Assembly (NCBI GenBank): GCA_024278555.1 | Contig: JAJRSX010000183.1 | Location: forward strand, 4,043-68,042 | Reading direction: 5' to 3' | Length of the DNA stretch: 64,000 nucleotides | DNA from: a bacterium | Lineage (GTDB): Bacteria > CG2-30-53-67 > CG2-30-70-394 | Part shown: positions 33,274 to 44,413 of the stretch, in pieces | Layout: every line of letters starts with the position of its first letter | How positions within the stretch are numbered: the first letter of the stretch is position 1 | Made by a program: the position numbers and the translations under genes | Notes under the pieces: model-generated | What the model was told of the DNA's origin: nothing | The model's database searches: none | The model's input: only the letters and a program-made list of their open reading frames with translations

Positions 33274-34980
33274 CTACGCGCACCGTTCGGTGAGCCACCC
33301 CACCGCCTGCTCCACCGCCACCTCGACCCGCTCGCCGGTGGCCCGCGCCTTGATCTCCACCTTCCCCTCCTTCAGACCACGCGGTCCGACGGTCACGCAG
33401 TACGGCAGGCCGAGGAGGTCTCCGTCGTTGAACTTCACCCCCGGCCGCTCCTTGCGGTCGTCCACCAGGGGCTCGTGGCCGGCGGCGGTGAGCTCGCGCT
33501 CCATGGCTGCCGCGACCTCCAGGCTCGCCGCGTCGGTCTCGCGGATGAGGATGATCTCGACGGTGAACGGGGCGATCGGGACGGGCCAGACAATGCCGTT
33601 GTCGTCGTGGTTTTGCTCGATCGACGCGGCCATGGTGCGGCCGATGCCGATGCCGTAGCACCCCATCACCGCCGGCGTCTCCGCCCCCTCGGCGTTGAGG
33701 AAGGTGGCACCCATGGCCGCCGAGTACTTCGTCCCGAGCTTGAAGATGTGGCCGACCTCGATGCCGCGGGAGAGGTGCAGGGTGCCGGCGCAGCGCGGGC
33801 AGGGGTCGCCGTCGTCGGCGTTGATGAGGTCGGCGACGTTGTCGGTGGCGAAGTCGCGTCCCGGCTGCACCCCCGCAAGGTGGGTGTCCGCATGGTTGGC
33901 GCCGGTGACCGCCGTGGCCATCGCCGCCACCTCCCGGTCGACCCACACCGCCACGTCGCCGGCGAGCCCCACCGGCCCGGCGAAGCCGCACGGGGCGCCG
34001 GTGGCCGCCTCCACCTCTCCGTCGCTCGCCAGGGCGAGGTTGTCCGCGCCGAGGGCGTGGGCGAGCTTGATCTCGTTCACCTCCCGGTCGCCGCGTACCA
34101 ACGCGGCGACGGTCTGCTCGCCGGCGCGGTAGAGCAGGGTCTTGATGAAGTCGGTGGGCTCCCGGTGCAGGAAGGCGGCGACCTCGTCGACCGCCTTCTT
34201 GTCCGGCGTCGCCACCGCCTCCGGGGCGGGGGCGTTGGCGGCGGGCGGTGTCGCCTCCGGGGCGCGGGCGGTCGCCTTCTCCTGGTTGGCGGCGTAGTCG
34301 CAGGTGTCGCAGGAGAGGATCGCGTCCTCTCCCGAGTCGGCCAGGACCATGAACTCGTGGGAGAAGGCGCCGCCGATGGCGCCGGAGTCCGCCTCCACCG
34401 GCCGGAAGCGGAGGCCGCACCGCTCGAAGATTCGGGTGTACGCGGCGTGCATCCGCTCGTAGGTGGCGGCGGCACCGGCGTCGTCGCGGTCGAAGGAGTA
34501 GCCGTCCTTCATGATGAACTCGCGGCCGCGCATGAGGCCGAAGCGGGGGCGGATCTCGTCGCGGAACTTCGCCTGGATCTGGAAGAGGTTCACCGGCAGC
34601 TGGCGCCATGAGCGGATCTGGGCGCGGACGATGTCGGTGATCACCTCCTCGTGGGTGGGCCCGAGGCAGAACTCGCGGTCGTGGCGATCGTGCATCCGCA
34701 GGAGCTCGCGGCCGTACTTGTCCCAGCGCCCCGACTGCTGCCACAGCTCCGCCGGCTGCACCGCCGGCATGAGGAGCTCCTGGGCGCCGGCGGCCACCAT
34801 CTCCTCGCGGACGATGGCGGAGATCTTGGTGATCGACCGCAGGGCCAGGGGGAGGTAGGCGTAGATGCCCGCCGCCACCTTGTGGATCATCCCGGCGCGC
34901 AGCATCAGCCGGTGGCTGATGACCTCCGCCTCCGACGGGGTCTCACGGACGGTATTGATCAGGGCGTGGCTGTAGCGCAT
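33274..34980 (-). CDS. proS: proline--tRNA ligase (bacterial type with editing domain)
   Basis: MRYSHALINTVRETPSEAEVISHRLMLRAGMIHKVAAGIYAYLPL plus class II aaRS motifs; 568 aa. Confidence 0.9.
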   Translation of the reverse strand: MRYSHALINTVRETPSEAEVISHRLMLRAGMIHKVAAGIYAYLPLALRSITKISAIVREEMVAAGAQELLMPAVQPAELWQQSGRWDKYGRELLRMHDRHDREFCLGPTHEEVITDIVRAQIRSWRQLPVNLFQIQAKFRDEIRPRFGLMRGREFIMKDGYSFDRDDAGAAATYERMHAAYTRIFERCGLRFRPVEADSGAIGGAFSHEFMVLADSGEDAILSCDTCDYAANQEKATARAPEATPPAANAPAPEAVATPDKKAVDEVAAFLHREPTDFIKTLLYRAGEQTVAALVRGDREVNEIKLAHALGADNLALASDGEVEAATGAPCGFAGPVGLAGDVAVWVDREVAAMATAVTGANHADTHLAGVQPGRDFATDNVADLINADDGDPCPRCAGTLHLSRGIEVGHIFKLGTKYSAAMGATFLNAEGAETPAVMGCYGIGIGRTMAASIEQNHDDNGIVWPVPIAPFTVEIILIRETDAASLEVAAAMERELTAAGHEPLVDDRKERPGVKFNDGDLLGLPYCVTVGPRGLKEGKVEIKARATGERVEVAVEQAVGWLTERCA

Positions 34981-35382
34981 GGCAGACCGAGGATAGAGGG
35001 ATTCGAAGGCGCACAGGGAACCACGCCCGGCGGTCGCGGGCCAGATGTCACCTCACCCCATCATCGTCGGGTGAGGATCTCCCGCGTAGAGGCCAAGACG
35101 CAGAGGAGGCCTTCGCGGTCGATGCTGAAGCCGATCCCGCTCTGACGTGAGCCGTGGGCGACGGCCGCGCCGTCGCTCGATCTCCGATCCATTCCGGGAG
35201 TGTTTCATGGGTACCCTGCTTTTCGCGGGGGGCTCTGGCCGGCCGCCGCCACCGCTGCTCAGGATCCGCACCACATCCCCCCCCGGGCCTCATCGCCCGC
35301 CTGCACCGCACCGACCTCGAAAGAGGGTCGGGCCGGACCACCGGGAGAGGGGGCATCTCCCCTCTCCCGGTGGCTCTCCTGC

Positions 35383-35787
35383 CTACCCGTCGATGCAGTC
35401 GTACGGCTTCGGCAGGCCGGCAAACTTGGTGCCCTGGAAGGCCGGCCCCTTGGGGAAGAGCTCGTACAGGTGGTCGCGGTCGAGCTTCTCGTCGCCCCAC
35501 TCCGCGCGCAGGTGGCGCAAGAGGATGCGGACATTGGGGGAGATGAGGTACTCGGCGTAGTAGCGGCGCAGGTAGTCGAGGATCCGCCAGTGCTCCTCGG
35601 TGAGGGCAATCCCGTCGAGGTGGGCGAGGACCGCGGCGATCTCCGGCGTCCACTGGTCTCGCTTGAGCATGTAGCCGTCATGGTTGGTCTCGACGGTCAT
35701 GCCGTGCATGGTGATCTCTTTGCCGTGCGGGGTCGGGCGGACGGTGACCTTGCCGGCGGGGGTGTTGAGCGTTGCGGTGGTGGACAT
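35383..35787 (-). CDS. TusE/DsrC family sulfur-relay protein, TusE-type (single C-terminal Cys: ...AGLPKPYDCIDG)
   Basis: The conserved DsrC/TusE C-terminal arm GLPKP..C is present. The second (DsrC CysB) cysteine is absent (QGTK). Confidence 0.7.
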   Translation of the reverse strand: MSTTATLNTPAGKVTVRPTPHGKEITMHGMTVETNHDGYMLKRDQWTPEIAAVLAHLDGIALTEEHWRILDYLRRYYAEYLISPNVRILLRHLRAEWGDEKLDRDHLYELFPKGPAFQGTKFAGLPKPYDCIDG

Positions 35788-35797
35788 GGCGGTCTCC

Positions 35798-36037
35798 TCA
35801 AGGTTGGGGGTTGTGTCCGAGGGCCTCGATCCGTGCCGCCACCTCCCCCTCTTCGGGAAAACGGCCCGTGGTGCGCTTGGAGAAGAGGAGCTCCCCGTTG
35901 ACGGCCACCTCGAAAACCCCCCCGTTGCCGCGCACCAGCTCGGGGGTGGCTCCGAAACGGTGCTCCAGCTCGGTCGCCAGCCTGGCGGCCCGGGGGCGGT
36001 AGTTTCACTGGCCGCAGTAGAGGATCTCGATCTTCAA
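35798..36037 (-). CDS. SelW/Rdx-family selenoprotein with in-frame UGA (Sec) codon at 36007..36005; TTG start
   Basis: Translation through the TGA gives [M]KIEILYCGQ-U-NYRPRAARLATELEHRFGATPELVRGNGGVFEVAVNGELLFSKRTTGRFPEEGEVAARIEALG. The CxxU motif sits in the Rdx position, and strong family conservation continues after the TGA (RPRA, GGVFEV, FSK, GRFP). The gene stop overlaps the tusE RBS. Confidence 0.7.
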
Positions 36038-36244
36038 GGGTTGGCTCCACGGTGGATCTCGGACTCGGTGTGGAGAAAACATACCAAAAAACATAGAGAT
36101 TGTCCGTTGATCCCGTTGCAGTCCTACCTTGGCCTTCGAATTCTTGCCTGACTGAATTGCCTGGGGCATGGTGCCGACCCTTTGACCTCGTGTTGGTTTT
36201 GACCCATCTCTATAGTTTGCTGTGTCTAAAGGAGGGCCTCATCC

Positions 36245-38179
<1,935 letters not shown>

Positions 38180-38186
38180 CACCTTT

Positions 38187-38220
38187 GGGGCGGGAGAGAG
38201 GAGATCCTCTCTCCCGCCCC
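38187..38220 (+). terminator. GC-rich hairpin terminator after acs
   Basis: GGGGCGGGAGAGAGG-agatc-CCTCTCTCCCGCCCC, a perfect 15-bp stem, 8 bp after the acs stop. Confidence 0.6.
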
Positions 38221-38442
38221 GGCAAATGCTGTCGATCGGGGGCGGGCGGTGACGGGGGGATCAACCGCACTCACCTGAAGCTCTACGTGGTGCGCAGCGG
38301 CGCCTTCGAGCTGGACAACAACGCCCAGGCCGCGGTGAAGCTGAAGTTCACCGGCCATCTGTGATGCACCGCCTGCGGCAGCTCTTGCGCTGGAGCCGCA
38401 CCCGGTGACAGTAGCGGGGGCTACTTGAGCCCGGCGTCGCCG

Positions 38443-38610
38443 GGAGCCTATCGAACCCATGCACGATCTACTGCGGGAAAGCGGATCTCGGCCCGGATCG
38501 CGCCCCGTTCTTCGTTGCATAGGCCCGCGTAGCGCTCGAACGGGTCGCAATCCGGACTCGAGCCAACTTCCCCTCGCGACGATCGCATAAGTCCGACAGA
38601 CTCCTAGATC
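38443..38610 (+). mobile_element. MITE-like repeat copy B (left TIR degenerate)
   Basis: Shares the core ...GCACGATCTACTGCGGGAAAGCGGATCTCGGCCCGGATCGCGCCCCGTTCTTCGTTGCATAGGCC...GATCGCATAAGTCCGACAGACTCCTAGATC with copies A and C. Confidence 0.7.
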
Positions 38611-38657
38611 CTTAACCAGCTTGAGCCGAGTTTGTGAATATGCGATATATTGATTAG

Positions 38658-39398
38658 GTGCGCGGTGCGCCGGAGCCCTCGGGGGAGGGGAAGACAAAAT
38701 TCGTGACCCGACCAGGAGAACAGCCCCCGGCGTTGTGCGCGCCAGCCGCCGAGTGGCGGCTGGCGCTTCCGTGGCGCCGTCTCGGTTCGATCCTCCGCCG
38801 CCTGTGCCCGTGCGTCCTCCTCCTCACCCTGTGGGGAACCGGAGCGGCGGTCGCCCAGGACCTGGGCAGAGACGGTGGCGTGGTGCAGAGCCAGAGCCTC
38901 GGCCCCGACCCCACCGTCGAGAGTCGTCTCGCCCTGCAAGAGCGAAGTCGCGACCTGGCGCGCTGGCAGCCCGGTGAGCGTGAAGGGTACTTCGATGAGC
39001 AGGATCGCCAGCACCAGGCGCGTCAGGTAAAGGGGTACTACCGCAAGATGGCCCTGCGGGCCCTACGCCGCTGGTCGGGCGACTGCTTCGGCTCCCTTCT
39101 TACCGACGACGGCATGCGCCTGCCGTGTCACCTCAACGGCGCCGGCACGGGCAGCGCCACGGGGACGATGGCGCGGCTGGTGAACGACACCGACCTCGAG
39201 CTCCACTACGGCGACAGTGGAGCCTCCCTGTCGTTCGGCCGTGACCTCGACCTGGGTCGGATCGGTTGTCGCTCGGGTCGCCTGGAGGTGGATCCGGTGC
39301 GCGGCGAGGTGGAGTTGGGCGTCGACCTCGACCGCACCTCCCTGGCGTGGACCATGGGAAACGGCCAAATGCGTCTAAGCTGGTCGATCCCGTTTTAG
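38658..39398 (+). CDS. hypothetical exported protein (start uncertain; internal signal-peptide-like segment LCPCVLLLTLWGTGAAVAQD; ends ...LSWSIPF)
   Basis: Long ORF with no recognisable domain. The C-terminal aromatic residue could suggest an OM beta-barrel, but this is weak. Confidence 0.3.
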   Translation: MRGAPEPSGEGKTKFVTRPGEQPPALCAPAAEWRLALPWRRLGSILRRLCPCVLLLTLWGTGAAVAQDLGRDGGVVQSQSLGPDPTVESRLALQERSRDLARWQPGEREGYFDEQDRQHQARQVKGYYRKMALRALRRWSGDCFGSLLTDDGMRLPCHLNGAGTGSATGTMARLVNDTDLELHYGDSGASLSFGRDLDLGRIGCRSGRLEVDPVRGEVELGVDLDRTSLAWTMGNGQMRLSWSIPF

Positions 39399-39676
39399 GG
39401 GATCCATCCGTAGGGTCGAGTAGCCGCTGAATCGTTCCCCCATCGAGGGGGCGATTTCGGCGATGCGCTTTTCCCCCCAATCCGTACCGTGTTTGCTCGC
39501 GGGTGGCTGGGGGAGACGACAGAGGTGGGGAGCCGCGGATGGCGTTGATCGTCTCCGTCCGGCACGCGCCGCCTTCCATGGGGTGGCGCAAATTGGATCA
39601 CGTCCCTGCCGCGATGCACCGATAGGGGGAGTGATACCCGAACCACGGAAGTCTCACGAGGTGAAGAGCTAAATCG

Positions 39677-40507
39677 GTGAGTCACATGGCGAGGTCAGAC
39701 ACAGCGCCAGAGAGCACGACGGGGGCGGCAAAGTCCGGTGAGTCGGAGCGGCAGCGGGTCCCGTCTCGCCGGCGGATCCGAGGTCACCGCCTGTTGCAGG
39801 GGAGCGTCATGGCCCCCTTCGATCTCAAGGCCGCGGACTCCATTGAGGACGTCACGGCGGCGCTCTCCCTGGTTCACGACAGCTACGTCGAGCTCGGTCT
39901 CATCGATCCCCACCCGTCAGGACTGCGGCTGCTGCCCCACCACCTCCTCCCGGAGACCCGGGTCTTCCTCGCCCGCGAGCACGAAGAGGTGGTTGCCACC
40001 CTCACCCTCATCCCCGACACGGAGGCTGGCCTGCCGCTGGACTCGGCGTACCGGCAGGCTGCCGATGGGTTGCGGCTGGAAGGGCGAAGGATCGGTGAGA
40101 TCTCCTGCCTGGCGCTTGCCCCTCGCTACCGTCGTCATGACGTCCTCCTCCATCTCTTCCGGATGATGCATGTCTGCGCCCGGGCCACTGGCCTCGACGA
40201 CCTGTGCGTCGTCGTCGCCCCCAAACACGGCCGTTTTTATCAGCACATCCTGCTCTTTGAGCCGTACGGCGGCTTTGCCGAGCTCGACCACCTCAACGGT
40301 GCTCCGGCGCTCCTCTATCGCCAGGACCTGCGCACGATCGAGGAGACCACTCATGGGTACTACGCCTCCTCGCCGGCTGCCGCGGACCTCTACCAGTTCT
40401 TCTTCGAAGAGGCGGCGACCGTCAGAGCACGGGCGACCGCCGGCCGCGGCTTGACCCCCGCGGAGGTCGAGACGCTCCTCATGGGCCATCCGGAGCTTCA
40501 TATCTAG
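39677..40507 (+). CDS. GNAT-fold N-acyltransferase, Acetyltransf_5 / N-acyl amino acid synthase-like (paralog 1)
   Basis: FDLKAADSIEDVTAALSLVHDSYVELGLID...TLTLIPDTEAGLPLDSAY...GEISCLALAPRYRR fits autoinducer-synthase-like N-acyl amino acid synthases. Known from memory: a PEP-CTERM/exosortase-associated subfamily exists. Confidence 0.5.
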   Translation: MSHMARSDTAPESTTGAAKSGESERQRVPSRRRIRGHRLLQGSVMAPFDLKAADSIEDVTAALSLVHDSYVELGLIDPHPSGLRLLPHHLLPETRVFLAREHEEVVATLTLIPDTEAGLPLDSAYRQAADGLRLEGRRIGEISCLALAPRYRRHDVLLHLFRMMHVCARATGLDDLCVVVAPKHGRFYQHILLFEPYGGFAELDHLNGAPALLYRQDLRTIEETTHGYYASSPAAADLYQFFFEEAATVRARATAGRGLTPAEVETLLMGHPELHI

Positions 40508-40751
40508 GAGTCTGTCGGTGGGCGCGTCGAGGGGGTGGGTGTCGGTGATTGACCGACGTTCGGTGTAGTAAAAACGCGACGGTATTGCCCGGCTGGGAGA
40601 GCGGAGGCGCTGGCGGTGTATGCCTTTCCAGCCACTTCCACGCCACCGCGCGAATACGGCGCTGTGAACCCCTGGCACGGTAATTGCTTCTTAACTAAAA
40701 GCTGCACCGCGGAACCCCTCCTAGTTCTTCCCTCCCCTCCTGGATATCTCG

Positions 40752-41573
40752 ATGGAGCTTTCCCTTGTCCCCCGTCAGGAGCGTCGCCACGCCCATTCCG
40801 TCGAAGAGGTGTGGAACGTCCACTTTGCCCGGAGCGACCACGATTTCGCCGAGGCCCTCAGGCTGGTCCAGTCGCGCTACGAGATGCGTGGCTACACCCC
40901 GGAGGGCCCGGAGCGGGCGGAACTGACCCTCTATCATGTCCTCCCCGAGACCCGGACGATCTTGGTGAAGGCGCTGTCGCGTGTGCTCGCCACCGTTACC
41001 TTCGTTCCGGACTCGCCCCTCGGCCTGCCTGCCGAGCAGGTCTTCCGGGACGAGGTGGCCCCGTTGCGATCGGAGGGACGCCACCTCTCCGAGCTCTCCG
41101 CCCTGGCGGTGGCCGACCAGATCCGCATCGAGGATCGCCCCCACCTTTCCCGCTGGCTCTTCCACTCGATCGAGGCGCAGGTGCGTGGCGAGGGACGGGT
41201 CGATGACCTCCTGATCACCGTCAATCCGCGTCACGTCGCCTTCTATGATCGTCGACTCGGCTTCGAGGTGATCGCCGGACCGCGTCCCCATCCAAAAGTT
41301 CAGGGGGCGGATGCGGTGCTCATGCGCCTGCGGGCCGACGTCGACCGCACCCACCTCACCTGGTGGGAGCGCGCCAAGGAAGAGAGCCAGGGGCTCATCG
41401 CCTCCCTGCTGGCGAATGATCCCGGCTGGACCTGGGACGACCACCGTCTCATCGACTGGGCCGACACCCTTCGCCTAGTGGCCAACGAGGTCACCCACAC
41501 GGGTTGCGACTACCTCCGTCACCTCTTCCCGACCTTCCCCTGGCCGGAGGAGTGCGGCGCGCATCGCGGTTGA
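40752..41573 (+). CDS. GNAT-fold N-acyltransferase, Acetyltransf_5-like (paralog 2)
   Basis: Same architecture and motif order as 39677..40507 (FARSDHDFAEALRLVQSRYEMRGY...TVTFVPDSPLGLPAEQVF...SELSALAVAD). Confidence 0.5.
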   Translation: MELSLVPRQERRHAHSVEEVWNVHFARSDHDFAEALRLVQSRYEMRGYTPEGPERAELTLYHVLPETRTILVKALSRVLATVTFVPDSPLGLPAEQVFRDEVAPLRSEGRHLSELSALAVADQIRIEDRPHLSRWLFHSIEAQVRGEGRVDDLLITVNPRHVAFYDRRLGFEVIAGPRPHPKVQGADAVLMRLRADVDRTHLTWWERAKEESQGLIASLLANDPGWTWDDHRLIDWADTLRLVANEVTHTGCDYLRHLFPTFPWPEECGAHRG

Positions 41574-42505
41574 GCCGCACCATGGCCCCGAGGTGGAGAG
41601 CTCCCTGGACCACCCTCGCCGCCCTCTGAGGGGTTGCTGAAGTGGTTTCTCAGCTTTATCGGTAGGACGTCGAGGGTGGTCTGGTAGCCGCGTTGGACGA
41701 GCGCGCTCTTTTCTTCGACGGAGAGGTTGAGTTTGACCGGCGGTACCGTGCCGATGTCGATCAGGACCGTGTGGTTCCACGCCCAGGGGCCGAGCCTGCG
41801 GGTAGAGGTGGCGTAGGTAAAGGTGTCGGCGAGGAGGGAGAAGTAGTCCGCGAGGCGAAACCGTCGGGATGTGGGCGACGGGGGGCGGATGGCGGCCTCC
41901 ACCTCGAAGGTGAAGGCGGGAGTCTCCTGCCGTTGTGTCTCGGTCAGTAAGATCTCGTTGGCGAGGATCTCTCCATCCACCAATACCGCTGCACCATATC
42001 GTTGGTAATCAAAGAGCACGGGGATCCCGGTGGAGAAACGCACCGCCCGTGCCACCCGTAGCTCGGGGGTGGTGTCCCGGGAGAAGACCACCGCTCGACG
42101 GAGGCGGATGTCGGTGGCTACCACCGCCAGATCGAGATCCAGGTCGCCGAAGGTGGCGCCGTGGAGCCGTTCGTCCAGCCATGCCTCGAAGGTCTTCCCC
42201 GAGCACATCCCGCCCCGTAAGAGGAGGCGGGGCGGGGTGAAGCGGACGAGGCTACGGAAGTCGGTTTCACACGCCCACTGTTCGATCTCGGTGGCCGTGG
42301 CGCCGGCGGCGAAGAGGGAGGCAACGATACTTCCTCCAGAGAGCCCCACCAGACGGTGGAATTCGACGCCCAACTCCTCCAGCGCCCGCAACACCCCCAC
42401 ATGGGCAGGAAAGCGGGTTCCACCGCCGCTCAGGATGGGGACAATTTCGCCACCACCCACGGGAGGAGGCGGGGTAGCGGGAGCAGAGGTTGATGTCTTG
42501 GCCAT
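41519..42505 (-). CDS. patatin-like phospholipase
   Basis: Oxyanion hole motif SGGGTRFPAHVGVLRAL, nucleophile elbow GLSGGS, and a catalytic DG(A/T) motif. Confidence 0.8.
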   Translation of the reverse strand: MAKTSTSAPATPPPPVGGGEIVPILSGGGTRFPAHVGVLRALEELGVEFHRLVGLSGGSIVASLFAAGATATEIEQWACETDFRSLVRFTPPRLLLRGGMCSGKTFEAWLDERLHGATFGDLDLDLAVVATDIRLRRAVVFSRDTTPELRVARAVRFSTGIPVLFDYQRYGAAVLVDGEILANEILLTETQRQETPAFTFEVEAAIRPPSPTSRRFRLADYFSLLADTFTYATSTRRLGPWAWNHTVLIDIGTVPPVKLNLSVEEKSALVQRGYQTTLDVLPIKLRNHFSNPSEGGEGGPGSSPPRGHGAAQPRCAPHSSGQGKVGKR

Positions 42506-42665
42506 CTTCGACGAGCCCCTTCGCTACCGGCAGAGGATGGTCGTGCGCGAATATAAGATCAAATGCGAAATCCGCACGGGTTTGGGGAGCCACCGCGAAC
42601 CGGGCGAGGAGCTGGGCCTTGGGGTCACTGTCGTCGACCGGACAGCGTAATGGTCGTTCAATACA

Positions 42666-43916
42666 TCATCGTTGGGCGTTTCGCCGGAGCTGCCGGCTGA
42701 CGACCTGCTCAATGCGCTGCAAGGCCGGGTACTCACCCACCTGTTCCGTGAAGGCCTCGCGCACCGGCGCGAGCTGCTCCCGCAGACGGGTGGCCACTCC
42801 GCCCAACAGCCCCAGCAGGAACCGTGGCCTGATATCGCAGGCCCTTGCCAATGTCTCCCAGTGGGCGCGGGTGACGAGGCAGGGGTTGCGCTCGCCGCCG
42901 ACATCGAGGGCCAGATGCTCATCGATGCGCTTGATGGCGCGGGTGCACACCAGATCGTAGAATGGCGCCAGCCGGATGCCCTCGTGTGGGTGATACAACA
43001 GGGCGAGATTCTTCGCGTGTCCATCCGAGTTACCGGCGAGCACGTTGAAGATCTGCCAGCGCAGCAGGTGCTGTGCGTCGATGGCCGGCTCGCTGGAGAC
43101 CTCCCGCACCAGGCGATAGCACTGGGCAAAGGTCGGGCCACCATGTTCCTGGTACTTGTGCTCATGCCCATACCCCAGCGCCTGGCACAAATCCTCCTGG
43201 TGCAGCCGTTGCACCTCACCCTGTTCGTCGAAGAAACGGTCATAGCGACCAATTTCGGCAAACCGGTTCTCCCCGATGGTGTGCAGATGGATCTCCACCA
43301 CGGGCAGGCCCACGGCAGCGGCAAGGTGCATGGTGAAGGTCTCGTAGGCAGGCACATGACGGTAGTCGGCCAGCTCGAACTTCAGGATATGGCTGGAGGG
43401 TGCCTCGCCTCGGGGCAACCCGTAGCGGCCGTTTTGCAGCAACACCGGGCACTTGTTCTGGGCGCCGGCCAAGGACAGTCGTGGCCGCTCAACGGCGGGA
43501 TCGGTCGTATAGATCTGGCCGCGCCGGGCGGCCAGACCGGCCAGATCCTCGTCGCTCAGGGGCCGGTAACGTCGCTCCCGCGAGGGAGCCCGATCCAGGG
43601 GTAGGATCGACAACGCGCCGGCGCACTCGCCGCCAATGGCGCGCAGCAGCTCGAAATCGGTGTTGGGCAGCTTGAGGTCGTGGACAATCTGGTCGCGGAC
43701 GCCCCCCTCGGGCAGGAGATTGGCGAAGAAGCGATGGGCGATGGCCGCCTCGGGCGGAAACTCGCCGGTGGCCAGCGGCAGACTCTGGGAGATCGCAAAT
43801 CCGCTCGTGATCCACTCGGTGTCGTACCGAAACCCCATCGCGCCGATGGCGTTGCGCCAGAGGGTGCCGACCCGGCGCCGTTCGTACCAGACGTGAAGCG
43901 AATCCAGGTCGCTCAT
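42666..43916 (-). CDS. hipA: HipA-family serine/threonine kinase toxin
   Basis: An N-terminal HipA coupling domain (LHVWYERRRVGTL) and the C-terminal kinase domain; 416 aa. Overlaps hipB by 4 bp. Confidence 0.8.
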   Translation of the reverse strand: MSDLDSLHVWYERRRVGTLWRNAIGAMGFRYDTEWITSGFAISQSLPLATGEFPPEAAIAHRFFANLLPEGGVRDQIVHDLKLPNTDFELLRAIGGECAGALSILPLDRAPSRERRYRPLSDEDLAGLAARRGQIYTTDPAVERPRLSLAGAQNKCPVLLQNGRYGLPRGEAPSSHILKFELADYRHVPAYETFTMHLAAAVGLPVVEIHLHTIGENRFAEIGRYDRFFDEQGEVQRLHQEDLCQALGYGHEHKYQEHGGPTFAQCYRLVREVSSEPAIDAQHLLRWQIFNVLAGNSDGHAKNLALLYHPHEGIRLAPFYDLVCTRAIKRIDEHLALDVGGERNPCLVTRAHWETLARACDIRPRFLLGLLGGVATRLREQLAPVREAFTEQVGEYPALQRIEQVVSRQLRRNAQR

Positions 43917-44203
43917 GAGCTTGGCACGCGCTCGTCATCAGGCCGCGCCTCCGGTTGCCCGCGCGGCCGAACGATCACCTCCAGCCCCAAGGTGCGCAAC
44001 GCCTTCAGCACCTTGCCGATCTCTGCGGTCTCCTTGCCCCGCTCGAGCTCGGAGAGAAATCGCACACTCAGATTACCCAGCCCCGAGATCACCTCCAGGG
44101 TCAGCTTTCGTTGCTTGCGGTGGGCGCGCAGCAGGTAGCCGAGCTCCTCGATCGTGCGGATGGGGCCGTAAGGGAGATCTGTCTTGGGCATGTGCGCCCT
44201 CAA
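43913..44203 (-). CDS. hipB: HipB-like XRE-family HTH antitoxin
   Basis: HTH motif RKQRKLTLEVISGLGNLSVRFLSELERGKE, located immediately upstream of hipA. Confidence 0.7.
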   Translation of the reverse strand: MRAHMPKTDLPYGPIRTIEELGYLLRAHRKQRKLTLEVISGLGNLSVRFLSELERGKETAEIGKVLKALRTLGLEVIVRPRGQPEARPDDERVPSS

Positions 44204-44219
44204 AAATGTACTGTACGGG

Positions 44220-44340
44220 AAAAACTAGCACGTACTATGGTCTGTTGCAACAAATTATTACCGTACGTGAAAGTCGACGCCATCACTCCACGAAACAAGA
44301 GGAATTATTACGTACGATACAAATATTGACCCTGGTGGAT
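44220..44340 (-). promoter_or_regulatory. AT-rich hipBA upstream region with multiple TACGTA/GTAC palindromes (candidate HipB operators)
   Basis: The motifs tactgtacggg, cacgtact, ccgtacgtg and ttacgtacga recur within ~100 bp immediately upstream of the hipB start. Confidence 0.35.
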
Positions 44341-44413
44341 GAGCCCGTCGTGTCGCCCGATCGTCGATCCACGCCTCCCCCTGCCTGTGATCGGCTTCGC
44401 CGGCCGTCCCCGA

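Noticed and set aside
32921-34744. 607-aa minus ORF and 478-aa plus ORF overlapping proS
   Set aside because: The proS frame (33274..34980, minus) has class II aaRS motifs. Only the last 78 codons of the 607-aa ORF, a different frame downstream of proS, were kept as a possible small gene.
35697-36050. 117-aa minus ORF MEPTLEDRDPLL...
   Set aside because: It is the +1 frame of the SelW-like gene. It appears long only because the true frame contains an in-frame TGA (Sec) that the ORF finder treats as a stop. Its product is Pro/Arg/Gly-rich with no homology pattern.
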